Below, one piece after another: positions 33,478 to 47,429 of a stretch of 64,000 bases of DNA. The stretch covers positions 54,126,001 through 54,190,000 of the forward strand of contig CM126218.1 in NCBI GenBank assembly GCA_052327205.1, written 5' to 3'. Both the position numbers and the translations under genes were made by a program. Under the pieces are notes generated by a model. That model ran no database searches, was not told where the DNA came from, and saw only the letters and a list, made by a program, of their open reading frames with translations. Every line of letters begins with the position of its first letter. Positions within the stretch are counted from its first letter, which is position 1. Source of the DNA: Somniosus microcephalus. Its lineage: Eukaryota.

Positions 33478-36400
33478 AATACATTGGAAGAGGTCCCATT
33501 TCCTTTCCAATCACCTTTTGAGGCTAAGTTTTAACCAAACTATTAATTTTTGGAAGGAGCATGGTTGGTTTAACTTTGAGTACTGCCCTGTCATCTCTGG
33601 GACCTGGTTTCAAATCTGTCTCAGTCAAGTTGCCATTATACTACCAATTTTGTATGATGCTAAGTGGCTTCAAATGTGCCTCACTGCAAAAGCAACGCAA
33701 TTGTGGAGTCAATCTGTGATCTGACTTCTGAGTGCACTGAAGTAGGTCATCTGAAACTGCTTGGACTTCAAGTCAAGTTCAAAAAGTGCTCATGCAGTCC
33801 ATTAATCCTCCTTGGACCTTTATAAACATAGCACGGGATCTTTTCAATGTTAGGAGAAAGCAGGTGTTCCTGCCTATATTCTTTAATTGAAAATTAGCCA
33901 CCCAGGGAAAGAGAACTCTCTGCAGAAGTGTACCTATTTCTCAGTGATTGAGCAGATGGCTGGTGGAGAAAAGAAAAATGCCTCACTTGTGCACCTTTCT
34001 GAGGTTGTGGTTAAAGTACATTGTTGAGACAATGTAGGGGGAGCTTTATTCTGCATCTTACCCATGCCTGACTTGGAATTGCTTGATGCTGACACTAAAG
34101 CCCTGATTTTGGAGACACTTTCTGCAACATGGAGGTTTGCTGATGGCAGGTAGGGCTCAGAAAATCTGTCCCTGAACCTCAAGCTTCCGATTTGTGTCTG
34201 ATGGGCAATTTGGGACCAAAGAATACTACTGGCCTCATTTAAATGATTTAAGACGGGTCCCGTGCTTTATCTTCTAACTCCGGGCAAGGCTCCATCTACT
34301 GCATACACCTCTCCCATCTAAACTGGGCATGCAGGATTCCTGGGACTTGGTGTTTTAAAGGGGGATAACAATTATCGTTCCTGGTAGATGACGTTGTGCT
34401 GCTTTGACTCCGTGTATTCTTTGTTTTTCCGGTGTAGAATCACCTCAGCCTGTTTGCCTCAGCATCTGTTTGCTGTTTCTCAGCTGCTGCATCCAGCTTC
34501 AAAAAAAATTACACTGTGCACTTTGGCACAATGGAAATATGTGTATAAAAGGACAATGGTTATGCACAGTGCTTCAAATGGTGCTTCCCGGAGGGTGTGG
34601 TAGTTATCAACTTAGGTTTGTGCTATGGATGATGGGCCCGGCAAGAAATATGAGGAGTATGGTTATCTTTGCCTTCTTCCTGATACTAGCAAACTTCTTG
34701 CTCACTTGGAGCCAGGCGTTAAGGATCTAGATGACTGTATTGACTCAGTCAGCAACCTCCCTGTACGTTTGCGCCCGAGTGGCCCTGGAGATGGAGCACG
34801 CAGTGTCCGCCGGCACACTCGAGGCCTTCCGCGACCGGTGGACACCGCAGGAACTGGAGTGCATCATCACCCCGGGGAATAGAATTTTAATTTGATTTGT
34901 TAAGGGTCCTTTTTATTTGTTTTAAGTTACAGTCCTTATTGTTTGTGTCCCTTTAAAAAGGGGGCGTATGGTTGACTTTTAATAGGCAATCGCCTATGAT
35001 CAAGAGTCGGCAACCTCCATGAATGCAGCTTACACCTGTTTGTTTAGCGAGGCCCCCCCCCCCAAAAGAATTGCCTTTCTTTAGGTCACTTCCTGCAAAA
35101 AGACCTCTTAGCATCAAAAGTAGGTGGCACTTCTGCTCATACTTCTCTCCGGTGTCTTTGTGAGCAAACAGTCAACTTTTCTATCACCCCTTCAACTTCC
35201 CCTTTAATGAGCTACTGCCCTTTAAGAGCTGCTGCATTGCCAGATTTTCTGCTCCCAACCATGTGTGCTGCAGGCCAAGCTCGCTAAGCATTCTGATCAT
35301 GTGCCAGTACCTTATTAGGTAAATTAGAGGGAGGAACTTCCATCAGAAGATTTGATGCAGCTCACCCTCTGAGCTACCGACAAAGGCAAGCTTGAGCACA
35401 AGCTAGCTCAGGCCATTATCAGATGGCCGAGGATCAAGTGAACATTGTCGAAAGTACTTCCACCCTGCAAAATCTTTCAAGTGGACAAACATGAAAGAAC
35501 CTCCACCCACAAAAGACATATCCTTACTGTTTACACAATACATGGATTAACCAAAAAGATCATTATTCATTACTAGTTCAACATAGCTTAATATAGTCCA
35601 TGCCAGGATGATGGAGATATGTTTTTCCCCCTCCCATTTTTCTTCCTTACCGTGCCTCTCCTAAAGGTGGTGTTCCCATGCTTTGGTATGGTTGCATGGA
35701 TGCTGGTCATGTTTTGGAACCTGGTTCCTTGACAGTCATTGTTCACAGGCCATTCAACCATATGAGTCATCACAACCATACATGATTCTCTCCTCACCTG
35801 ATGTTCACAAACACACACTTCCAGGATGGATTGCTGGATAACAATCACAAGTGGGAACCCAGGCCACTTTTCCTGTACCGTTGCCCTTGCTGGGATCAAC
35901 TACAGGTACTTAGGCACAGAATGAGGATCGAAACTGGAACTTTTCTGGTGCATATATGACTTAGCTATTCATGGAACAAGCTTTGTTGAACAAGCCAAGA
36001 ATCTTTTCATGCCTTAAAATAAATTTTCTTCACACTGTTGGGGAACTTGGACTGGAGAATTCCACAAACACTGCCGCCTTTCCCCCTTTCAAAACAAAAG
36101 TCTTGTGTGATTGTATTCAGAAGATAGCATTCCACCATTTATGTTTCTTCAGCTCTGTTCTGCTGGGTGAAAATTTGAGTATGTTGCTTTACCTCTGTGC
36201 AGTCTCACAACAAATGTTGTGACCTGAGGTAGAAGACAGTTCTGTGAGAAGACATCTTTTTTCTGCAGTCAAGTGTACAAATAGCTCTCCTGAGAAAGCA
36301 GAGGAACATTCTCATCAGATTCCCCCTTATAAAGCCAGCTATGTAGAAAGCATTATATTTAAACTTTGATTAAACAATTATGACATTTTTCTGATCCATT

Positions 36401-36514
36401 CTATGTTTAACTAAATAGGATTCTCTGTGACATGATTGATAAAGGGGAACAGCTGGAAAGATTAGCGTTGTAGCAATCCGTGAGCGCAGAATAGACACCC
36501 ATACCAAAGGTATT

Positions 36515-37281
36515 GGCCCAGAAATTAGGTTCGGGGGCTTGCCGCGCGTGCAAGCCCCCGATGTGCACTTACCTGGCGCGCTGACATTTCAATCCTGGCC
36601 CGCATTGCATTTCCTGTCATTGGCCCGCTTCAGGTCCTGCCGCGCTGTGCGTGCGTGACCCAGCGGCGTACTTAGTGCGATGAGCCGGCTGGGATCACGT
36701 GAGCACTGGGCAACCAATGGGAGGTTGCAAAAGTTCATTCATGAGTTTGATAGTAAGAACTGTCAAACTCATGAAAACTCCTGGCCCCAAAACACTACTT
36801 AAACTTCAAAGAAAATTAAAAAAAACATCACACTACTTAAATAAACTATAAATAACTGTAAAAAACTATTTTAAACAATAATTTTAAATTTTGAAAAAAA
36901 TTATAATATAAAAAATCGGGGCTAAAAATACACTTACCTTACTGTAAAGTCTTCAAAAATAATGAACCTGTGGAAAAAATTTCTAATTTTACTTAATAGA
37001 CCACTTACCTGTTAAAAGTAAGTACTTACGGCTGCTTTTTTCACACGTAAAAACCGGAGTCTTTTCCCCATGGGCAACTCTTCAAAAAAAAAAGGGAAGT
37101 TCAGCGCGCACGCGCTACCTGAAGCCTCGCACGCGTTCCGCCTCTTAACCCCTTGGGTCAGAGGAGAGGAAATGCCGGTTTTCCCCGCATGCGCTGTGCA
37201 TGCTGAAAACCGGCAATTCCTCCGGGCCCACGCGTGAGTACCCCGTCCGTACTCACGCGTTGGGACAGGAATTACTGACCC
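36515..37281. mobile_element. Harbinger-like MITE
   Basis: TIRs ggcccagaaatt / aattactgaccc, GC-rich subterminal hairpins and an AT-rich centre. Confidence 0.8.
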
Positions 37282-37996
37282 AATAGGTCAGAGTGATTTA
37301 CCAGTCTCATGGCTTCAGTTATTTCAGATTTTGTATGATTTTAGGCAGGGAATTTCAGGATATTGACTTGGCAATGAGAAAGGAATGGCCTTGTATGTCC
37401 ATTTATCTACTAGACTGTCTGACTCAGTATCTCCTCCAAGCCAGCTCACTAGAAGATGTCATCAGCACTGTTAATTGAAACAAAATATTTTTCTCTTCCA
37501 CCTGGCGCCAGCTAAATAAAAACACTTTCCGCTTGATGCCCACACTGGCCTGTTGGCCTCCTATGTAAGCAGAACACTGGAATCAAGGACAGATTAGGAT
37601 TTCCAGCATCTGCAGTATTTTGCTATCGTATTAGGAAATTTGATTTTGATTGCTGTATTTCAGAAAGCAGACAAGAGAGTTTAGTTGAGGGGGAAATCCA
37701 CTTATCACCATAACAAAAATGTGCTATCATTTTCTGCTAGATTGCATCATCCCTATTCCCTTTCCACCAGGGATTCCCCACTTTGCATGTTGAAACCATT
37801 TAGCAGCAAAGGAAAATTAACCTTTAAAATCACCGGCTGACTGCTGGCAGTGGGAAGGAACTGCAATGGGAGCATTAATGGCAGCGAGTTTACCATAGTA
37901 GCAATGACATCTTTTATTTATGCTGTTTCCTGTATGGTTGCTTCTTGCTCACCAGAATCAATAAGTTATGTGATAATATCTATCTATTTTCCCCAG

Positions 37997-38073
37997 TTTG
38001 GCATTGGTTCTGCCACCGTACGGTTCCTACTACATCAAAGCCAAACTAGACGAGGTTATCACCCAGGCGAAAC
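37997..38073 (+). CDS. CACNA2D1: alpha2delta-1 exon: (S)LALVLPPYGSYYIKAKLDEVITQAK
   Basis: ccccag|T...C|gtaagt, 77 nt, phase 2/1; aligns with [26 protein letters not shown]. Confidence 0.94.
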
Positions 38074-38514
38074 GTAAGTATTAGGAAGGGCGCAAGCTAA
38101 CCTGCTACTGCATGCCAAAGTATTGATTCTGTAAAGTAATAAAAGATCTTAAGCTAATATTTTGAAAGTTTCTGAAACAGTAAGAAGTAGGTTATCAGAT
38201 AGATGTCCTTCATAGTGTGAAGCAATGATTCTAAAGCATCGGAGAAACAAACATGCAAGGATGTAACCGATTGCATGGTTTGAATCTGTAAGAGTGCTCA
38301 TTTTCTTTCTGTGTCAAAGTTCCGTTACTGAATATGCACAATTTCCCTTGTCATGTAATTTTTAGAATCATTGTACAGCTGTACCTTCTGGTTCTATGCA
38401 TCCATTAAAAGGTCTGTTTATTCCTTCTGATTAATGGATTTTTTGCATGATTGTATAAATAATCTAATAGTATTGGATAGAAAGGAAACCCTGCCTTTGA
38501 TTCATTGAAGTATT

Positions 38515-39269
38515 GGCCCGGATTTTGCGGTAAGAATGATGGTGAGGCTATTGGCGCTCACTGTTATTAAGGAGTAAATTGGACAGCAACTTCCAGTGAC
38601 CGCACATGCGCAGTTAAACGTGAAAATCAGGAAGTTGCTGTCCAATTTGCCCTGCTCCTCCACAAGCTTCGCTACACCAGTACCTTGCTGAGAGAGTCGG
38701 CATTCAAACACATGAAGGGCATGAAGTTGCGATACTTACCCATTAAACACACCAGAACAAGTTAGGACTTGTCCATTCAAGTGTAAGTGAATTTTAATGG
38801 TGTGCTAAGTCTTAATTACTACCAAGCAACCTCTCTGGCACTGAAAATTTACTTTTACAAGTGCGGCATCTCATTTCTTCAGATTTTAATTAATGTTGGA
38901 GATTTTTTTTAATTAAAATACTTTTTTATACTTTTTCTTTCTGCCTCTTACCTCTCTTTCTTAAACCTATATTTCTTTCCCTCTCTTTATTTTGCTTTCT
39001 GTGCCTGAGTTGACATTGAATTCAACATTCTAACTTATACTTCCTGGTTTAGACTCTGCGTGCCTCAGTAAGGATTCTTTAATCTGATTGGCTGAAGAGA
39101 CACAGGTCAGGTGCGCACAGGTCCCAGATCCCCTGTAGAGGGCGCCACGCTGTTTTGACTGTTGATAACAGCCAATCGCGGTGTAAAAGCCACAGAAAAT
39201 CTGTGGGCAAGTGTAAGCATAATGAACAGCGAGTGACATTTGTTCACGGCTGACTGCAAAATCCGGGCC
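38515..39269. mobile_element. PIF/Harbinger-like MITE with 3-bp TSD
   Basis: Perfect TIRs ggcccggattttgc / gcaaaatccgggcc, flanked by ATT on both sides (38512-38514, 39270-39272). Confidence 0.85.
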
Positions 39270-40334
39270 ATTGTATTTAAAAAAAAATAAGTTTGTCCCT
39301 CAATTGACTTTCTTTGCAAGTTTAATTTGACTTGTATCTGAATGAATTTCACATAAGTAATACAAGTCTCACCCACCCACTTTTCCTTGTGCTAGTTTTT
39401 TCTTGTTGTTTTATCTTGCAACATAAATCTTTATTGCACTTTAACATTTTAAAAAGAGTTGCAAAGAAATAAAATAAAATGACAATTCCCCACTTGCATG
39501 TGTGATAGTTCAAGCCTGTTAGCAGCCTGGATGACACAGTTTTAAGCATGCGCTAATTGTCCAACCCTTTTATACCCAGCATATTCATTTGCCATTTAGC
39601 CTTGTGTTCCGAAGGCCCCTTTACATCATGCTTGGCTAAACAAAGACCCTGGCACCTACAGCACGTGAGCAGCAAAACATTATAATTATAGGGCATCCTA
39701 GGGTCGGCTTAGAAAGATTTGGGTAAAATAATTCACCTGTTAACCTTTGACCCATACATTTTCCAAGCCTGTGACTGTAAATATAAATTTAGTAATGGTT
39801 TGTCATGCAGGTAAGGCATGATGGAAAACTAAACCACCTATCCTTAATATACAGGAAGCTTAGAAAATGATAATCACAGATGTTTTAAATTTCCTGACCA
39901 CTCGGTTTTGTGCTAGGTGACTAATGCGACATCCCTCCTTTTAAATGTCTCTCCAGCATCCTTTCATACCAGACGTGCACAGGCAAAGATTGGCCATACA
40001 CAACCCAAGAAATTAATGCCATTTCATTGCTGACCACAAAAAAAATTTACTAAAAGGGAAAAAGAAAGCTGTTTTAAAATTGCACTGAAATCATTTGCGC
40101 CCTTATTCCTAGGACCTGCAAGTATATTTGTGGCATTATATTAAGTGATGGTGTAACTCCACAAAGATGTCTTCTCCAGAGTGATGCTTTAGTGGGGCTG
40201 GGCTGTTTGCCACAAAATTCTTGAAATTCCATCTGTTGTCCATGTTGTCATTAGTCGAGATTTCTGTGAGGCTGCTCGTCGTATAGCAACAGGATTCTCC
40301 CACTGTCATTGATGGGAAGGATTAAAATACATTT

Positions 40335-41214
40335 GGGGAGAAATTCAACTTATGGCTGCCCATTTGGTGCCCGTAACATTGGGCGTTCGGCCTCCTAATT
40401 TCGTGTTGCGATCTGGAAGTGCGTTGGATGACATGTTGGCTCAGGTGACTTAAATACGCCATTTTTAGGACTACAAATGGAAAATTCAGTTACAAGTGAA
40501 TGGAGCTTCTGCCGCGCTTGCTACACTTAGCTGTAATAGGCCTTGAGCGGCTAACCAGTGGTCCTTAAAGAAGGCCAGAGGCTGCTCAAAAAGGGGCACC
40601 AAACATTTTCAGTTTTTATTGATGTGGGCCCAAGAGAAGTCGGTGAGTTGCTCCTGGGCCTAAAAATAAAGTCCAGCCCACTGCCAATGTATTTGAGCCA
40701 TGCTTCACCACCCCCCACCCCAACACAGAATAGCCTATTCTCCCCCCTCTCCCCTCCCCCCCCCAACCCAACCCACCCCCCACCCCAACACAGAATAGCC
40801 TATTCTCCCCCCTCTCCCCTCCCCCCCCCAACCCAACCCACCCCCCACCCCAACACACCCCCCACCCCAACACAGAATAGCCTATTCTCCCCCCTCTCCC
40901 CTCCCCCCCCAACCCAACCCACCCCCCACCCCAACACACCCCCCACCCCATCACAGAATAGCCTATTCTCCCCCCTCTCCCCTCCCCCCCACCCCCAACC
41001 CAACCCGCTGGCCAGCTCCATGTAACAGCCAGCGGATTTTGCGCCCTCCCTGACTGGTAAGCTGCATCTTTGCCCCCATTTTGTGCTCATGGCTCATTGG
41101 CAGCATTTAACTGAGGCCTCAAAACCAAATTTGGCTCAGACCTTGAGCCGACACCTGCGGAACATTCACTCCGCCAATTTCGTGCCTGTTTTAGCCGCAA
41201 GTTGAACTTCTCCC
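40335..41214. mobile_element. Harbinger-like MITE containing a C-rich minisatellite
   Basis: TIRs gggagaaattcaactt / aagttgaacttctccc with T-rich flanks. Confidence 0.75.
40707..41005. repeat. C-rich minisatellite (~4 units)
   Basis: Repeated ccccaccccaacacagaatagcctattctcccccctctcccctccccccc. Confidence 0.9.
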
Positions 41215-41738
41215 TTTCTGTAATTTTAAGGTGCTACTTATTAGTTAATGCTATTTAATGGCAGTGTTGTAATAATGTTTAGCCCATGGCTAGATTTAAT
41301 TTGTATCAAGTTAACTAATTTTCTCTCCAACCGTTTTGGTCTCTCTGGGCTGTGAACTTTTTTGGTCAAAAAGACAGCCAATCTGCTCTAAGGCCTCGAC
41401 AATTGCTGCTATAACTAGGCCTGGGAACTACTCTGCTTTGCATTATTATTTTCTCGACTTGGTGCCTCCCTACAGCACTATGGATGAGATCAGGAGCTGA
41501 ATAGAGTAGCAGTGAAAGTCCAGTGTGTGACATGGCCCTGACTATTGGTGCTCCAACATACTGCCCCACAACAGCATGTCATTGTCATATGACTGTTTAT
41601 AAACTGATGAAGAATATCAATTTTTATTAGGAGATTTATCATAACTTCCTGCTATTATTGTGAAACTGACTCAGTCATAAGGAGCTTATTGGGCTAGATT
41701 TACAGACCTTTCCAGTCTAGAGGAACAACAGAGATGTT

Positions 41739-42220
41739 ATAGAAACATAGAAACATAGAAGATAGGAGCAGGAGTAGGCCATTCGGCCCTTCGAGCCTGC
41801 TCCGCCATTCAATGAGATCATGGCTGATCATCCAAATTCAGTACCCTGTCCCTGCCTTCTCCCCATATCCCTTGATCCCTTTAGCCTTAAGAAATATATC
41901 CAACTCTTTCTTGAATATATTTAATGAACTGGCCTCCACCGCCCTCTGTGGCAGAGAATTCCACAGGTTCACCACTCTCTGGGTGAAGAAATTCCTCCTC
42001 ATTTCAGCCCTAAATGTCCTACCCCTTATCCTTAGACTGTGACCCCTGGTTCTGGACTCCCCGACAATCGGGAACATCCTTCCAGCATCTAGTCTGTCTA
42101 GGCCTGACAGAATTTTATAGGTTTCGATGAGATCCCCTCTCAATCTTCTAAACACCAGTGAGTATAAGCCCAATCGACACAATCTCTCCTCATACGTCAT
42201 TCCTGCCATCCCAGGTATCA
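41739..42220 (-). mobile_element. CR1 LINE 3' fragment
   Basis: IPGMAGMTYEERLCRLGLYSLVFRRLRGDLIETYKIL...FFTQRVVNLWNSLP with an (atagaaac)n tail. Confidence 0.93.
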
Positions 42221-43162
42221 TATAAATTATGGGGGATACCAAAAAGCAATTGGATAGGGATAAGGTGAGAAGAAAATCACTAAACAATATGATACGTGGT
42301 GTACTTATGTTGTCTATTACATTTTACTGCTCTGGGTTGCATTCAAAAGATGATGTTGCTATTGGAAACAGCCTTGGGTTGTCCAGGCTGTTCAGTAGAA
42401 ATGTAAATACTACAGACACATGTAGGTCACCAACCGCTTTAGAATTTAAAAATACCATTTACAGAGCACGTTTAAGTTCAGAAGAATAATCAGATATAAT
42501 TCAAACTACAACTCCCTTGGAGACTTGTGTTTCTATGCATTCCTTTTTTTCTTGAGTAGGCCCGAATCCTTGATTGTGCATTTTTAAAGGACTGTTGGTT
42601 TTTAAGACCAGCAGGAAGATTATTGACCACTATCTAAGAAAACAAAGTTTTAAAAACAAGTTAGTACCTAAAAATAATAAAAAGTAATGATTTGTAATGA
42701 CAAGGAGAGACATGCACCATATGTTCTGCACCTCATCCATTTTGCAAACCATTATTTCTATATTTTACTGAAGAACATTATTTGAGGGAAGCTAAAGGCC
42801 CTTCACTTTTCAAAGGGTTGCAATGCATCTCGTTATATTTAATACTGTGCATGATATTGCCCTAGCCTAGGGCCTTGGGTATAACCAGACTTGTATTACC
42901 TTTGTGTTGAGATACATTTGTTGCTCAGTAAACAGACCTTTAAATGATACAGCTTCTCGAAGGTAACGTTAATGGTGATCACATACAGTTTTTCAGTCTG
43001 CAAGCGATTGTGTCTTTTTTCAGACTTCTACTGTGCATTAAGTCTCCCAGTATAGCACAATATTTTTATTCAAGCACTCGTTGAATAAAATATTGTTTAT
43101 AATCCCTTCTACTTGACCCTTTTTCCTGTTCCCTGCTTTCTCTTTCTGATGGATTCTGACAG

Positions 43163-43174
43163 CCAAAAGCAAGG
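43163..43174 (+). CDS. CACNA2D1: Candidate 12-nt microexon (region C equivalent) with GC donor
   Basis: Long polypyrimidine tract, then ctgacag|CCAAAAGCAAGG|gcaagt. Phase 1/1; inclusion reads ...QAK-PKSKD-LES..., paralleling mammalian ...QAR-SKKGKMKD-SET.... Confidence 0.55.
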
Positions 43175-43541
43175 GCAAGTATCTTTTTGTTGGTCAATTT
43201 CCTCATTGTATTGTCTTTATAGAGTATACTGTAATGCACTAGTGCTCCTATCCCTGTTGGATATTTTCCTGTGTTTATCGTATCTGATCTTTATCTATTA
43301 GCTCTTGGTGTCCATTATCATTACATTAATAGCTTTAGCTTACTTCTTTTATATGAATTACTGCTTGCTGTCTGTTTATTTTCTATAATGCTGCACTATG
43401 CAAAAAAAAATTGGTTGGTGAATAATTATTTTTGCTGTTTTGGTAAGGAATTCTGTTCAAACTGTTCCATGTCAAGGTCTGGCTACCTAAAGTGTACAAA
43501 CGGAAGCAATAATGAGCATCTTAACAATTGTTTCTTTTCAG

Positions 43542-43602
43542 ACTTAGAATCAATAATGCCCGATAACTTCGACACAACAGGATATGTGTATCTCGCACCA
43601 AG
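43542..43602 (+). CDS. CACNA2D1: alpha2delta-1 exon: (H/D)LESIMPDNFDTTGYVYLAP(R)
   Basis: ttttcag|AC...AG|gtagct, 61 nt, phase 1/2; aligns with [20 protein letters not shown]. Confidence 0.92.
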
Positions 43603-46103
43603 GTAGCTCAGTTTAATGCTTTGTTGTGAGAGCGCATGTAAAGCATGACTGTTTGGGGAAGAAGGGGCTTGATTTGCTGTGACTTGGGAGCTCCTGGCAC
43701 TGGAATAACTGCTTTTAAAGTTGTCCGGCCTGGTGCCAACTTCAGGAGATCTCTGGGTTTTGGCCAGGAGTTAAAAATGTTGGCCTTTGGCCCGTGGTGA
43801 AGAACTTCTGTTTTTGGCATGCTTCTCATCCGTCCTGTTTCAGCTACATTCAACAGGTTTAAATCCTAAAGAAAGGAAATGCATTTTTCACAAGCAAGGG
43901 ATATTTTTGAAGTAGTCATTCATTGAGTCCTCAATGTTCTTAGCATGTCCACACTTCCTAATTTTTGGTAAAAATGAGGTCTTGAGGACCTGGGGACTAA
44001 CCAAAACATGCAGTGTTTTTTAATATACCAAATTTGAATTAATCCATAAGTGTTGATTTAAATAATAATGGCCTCTGACAATCTATTCATACATTGAGAT
44101 CATTTGTTCACTCCAATCGTTCTTCTTTAGGCATTCATATACCAACACAAAAAAGCCTGTGGTCGTAAATTAAAGACCTGACATCATTATTAGTTTGCCC
44201 CGATAATTCTCTAACTAGGAGGGGAAAAAGTGCAGAAATAAAAAAGGCAAAAAAACCCAGGAAGATTCAGATGGAAAGAATTTAAAAAAATGAAAGGATA
44301 TAAAATAGAGGAAGAATCAAAACACAAAAGCAGCAAACAGGATCAAGAAGGAAAAGTAAAAATACTTCTGAACGACATTCATAGCATCATTTAAAAAAAA
44401 ACAGCCGTTTGGTTGTCTAGAGTGGTCGCTCACAGTCTGGATCTTGACAGCAATCAGTGAATCGTGTTCCTGGACCAATCACTTAAGAATGACACGAGGG
44501 TCACCTGAAAGCGAGAGAGGTTAACATTTTAGATGGAACCTTTGCCACAATCATATAGCATCAGCAGCGCACATATAGCATGTAAAAGTGGCAATTCAGC
44601 TTTTCTGAAGTAATCTAAACTGAAAGCACGACAACGCAATGGAGGTTCTTTCATAACAGAACGAGCACCAAATTATAAATATGAATAAAAAATTGATCTG
44701 TTGCAAGAGACATATTAACTAGTTTCCACAACTATTTACAGTTAAGCTGAAGAATTGTTGAAATGAAATATTTAAATTGACCACACATGTATCCCGGCAC
44801 AGGGAAGTCTGTGAATTATATTCACAAACATCCTTATTGAATAAGCAATAAGCTGCAACAGAAGCCTTTCATCATTTCATTTAAATGTTTTCCAGTTCTA
44901 GCTTTCAGAGCAGCAGAAACTAGGCACAAGAGCAAGACGAGCGTCACACTGCTCAGCAGAGCTATGCAGACTAAAGAGAGGAGCAGAAACATGAGAACTT
45001 TGTGAAAAAACCTGCTTTCAATAGCTATTGCCTCAGGCTCCTGCTTTGCAGCCCTCAAAAAATAATATTTAATTTCTCTATACTTTTGGACTACACAATA
45101 AATAGGATAGAATGTTTTCTGTTGGAACATACCCTAATACAGTAGCAGTAATGTTGGCAGATTTTAGATACTGGCTTCAGTACTGGAAAAATGCTTTGTC
45201 TGTTTTTCAGTGATTGCTGAGTGAGATGTTAAGGGGAAACCTCACTTAAGTTAACTTTTCACTCACAAAAACCACATGGATTTTTGGCAGAGAGAATTAG
45301 GGCTCCTCTGTTAGCCAAATGGGTGAATGTGCAGCTTGACCAAGAGGATCCCAGTTTTAATCCCTGCTCTGTGCCGAGTCAACTGATCTTAGCTGGGGCA
45401 GCCGTGAGAAGCTAGGACCTTACCCTAGACTAAGGATAGTGAAAATCAGCCAGGTTTCCAGCTCCTGCGCATTATCCAGTGCCCTCTGTTAGAAAGTGTG
45501 GCAAGTGAGGACAGAGGTTGACTTGGCTGTGCTACCCTCCACAAATAGCATGTTGACTGTCTAGGTTCAAACATGGAATAGCCACTTGGATAAGGTACTG
45601 GAGTGCTGTTGATGCCCATGGACCTGCACCTCAACATGAGCCATTACCTTCAGGAAAGGAAGGGAAATAAAGTAATTAGAGAATATGAATTTTGACAATA
45701 AAGAAACACCATCTTTGTTACAGTCAGTGAGTAGTGATGGCCCTTGCGACAGACCACACTTAATCAGATTGCAATTTGATGAACAAAACACCCTGATGCT
45801 ATATTGAAGATTGGGAGTAGATTTGGTTTTTAGATTGCATACCTACAGCTGGTTGGCAAGTGGAATTTTCTAACTATGGTTGGCACCTTTTGAACCCAGC
45901 ACTGACAGTGTTGTTCTGTAATCAATGTCTTTTGTGTGTTTTAGAGATTGCTGTGTTCTGTGTGCTGTGATGTGTACAGCCGAGTCCTCTTCATGTGCCT
46001 TGTTGCCACCGTCTGGTTGTATGTGTTTTCTTCTCATAGTGGCGATGTTTGTTTACATGTGGGAAGGCTGTTATAGTGTGTATGTGTTAACAATGCCTTT
46101 CAG

Positions 46104-46201
46104 GGAATACTGCAATGGACTGACTCCTTCAAACAACAATACAGCATTCCTGGAGAATTTTATTCATCTTATTGACCGCCAAACTCCAAATTCTCCAAAC
46201 T
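46104..46201 (+). CDS. CACNA2D1: alpha2delta-1 exon: (R)EYCNGLTPSNNNTAFLENFIHLIDRQTPNSPN(C)
   Basis: tttcag|G...T|gtaagt, 98 nt, phase 2/1; aligns with [33 protein letters not shown]. I could not find the next exon in the remaining ~18 kb. Confidence 0.94.
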
Positions 46202-47429
46202 GTAAGTACCATTCGTCATTGTCTGTGGTGTAGCACGCCAAATATTCAAAGTGCTTTTGCTGAGTTTGAGAAGAACATGCCAAAGGATCAGGGCCCACAT
46301 TGCAAGACCACAAAGAATAAAAACACTAGGGGAGAAGATGATTAATCAAGCAGTGGTTAGAAAAAAAAACGAGACTTGGTTTAAGAGCCTGTGGAGGAAA
46401 GGAAGAGAAAGAGGTGTGGAATCCCCTATACACAGTTTGCTGTAGTTAGCAGAATTCCAAACACTGCAGGATCATTTTATTGATGATTTTGTGCACAGCA
46501 GTATTGTAGTGGATTACTCTCACACGTTTCAGACCATCGGGGTAGGAATTGTAGCCTTCGCCTTTACGGAGCAGAGCTCAGGCATGTATGGATATTTGCA
46601 CCTTGCTGCAACAGCACAAACAGGTCCAAAAGAATGGACGAGCTGATGAAGAGCAATCAAGGTAACTACATGCTACATATGAACTGACAGGTACCTGAAT
46701 AACATTAGGCAATCTTGCCCGAAATTCAGGACAGGAGAGAACAAATTCTTGTGAATCACAATGCTCAGTTGCAATGGGAGCATCAGTTCTGAATCCCCAG
46801 AAAAAAATCACAGTAACTACCTGACAAGCAGGTTCGATTCTGCCTCCTGAATATGTGCTTGGCATTCTAAAGAAATCTTCCAAGCCTGCAGTCCTAACAT
46901 GGTGGAAAGAGGAGACAATGTTGCTAGTCATTTTTTTTTTAAATGCTCCTCTCAAAAATGGCATTCAGTAAAGCAATTTGCACAACTGATTGATAGAGAA
47001 CATGAGGTACCACTTCAGAAAATTATGCTGTATTTATCATTTAGCTTCCTGGAATGGTTGTATCTTTGCACAAAATATATTAGGCCTCTTTTTATTCAAG
47101 TGTGTGAACATTACTGATTGGTTGAATTTTGAATGAACTTTATCAGAGCAGACAGATATTCAGGATGGCACTCGCACAAGGGAACCTCAGATAAGTTAAT
47201 ATGATCATTGCAGACAGGTATGCAGACATGCACCTGTAGTTTAGTCCTCTGGCTATTTCCCTTTGCTAAGAAATAGATTTCTTTTCCCAAAAGTCTTGCA
47301 TTTAATTCTGGCCTGAAGCAGCCAAGATTGCAGGCTACGATGGAGGGGGTAATGAGGGGGTAATTGCCACTGGAAGAAGAAATTTAGAGTACAAAATGTT
47401 CCAGATTTTGTCTTCATTTTTTAAAATTA

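Noticed and set aside
40558-41090. Proline-rich and glycine-rich ORFs
   Set aside because: They are translations of the C-rich minisatellite.
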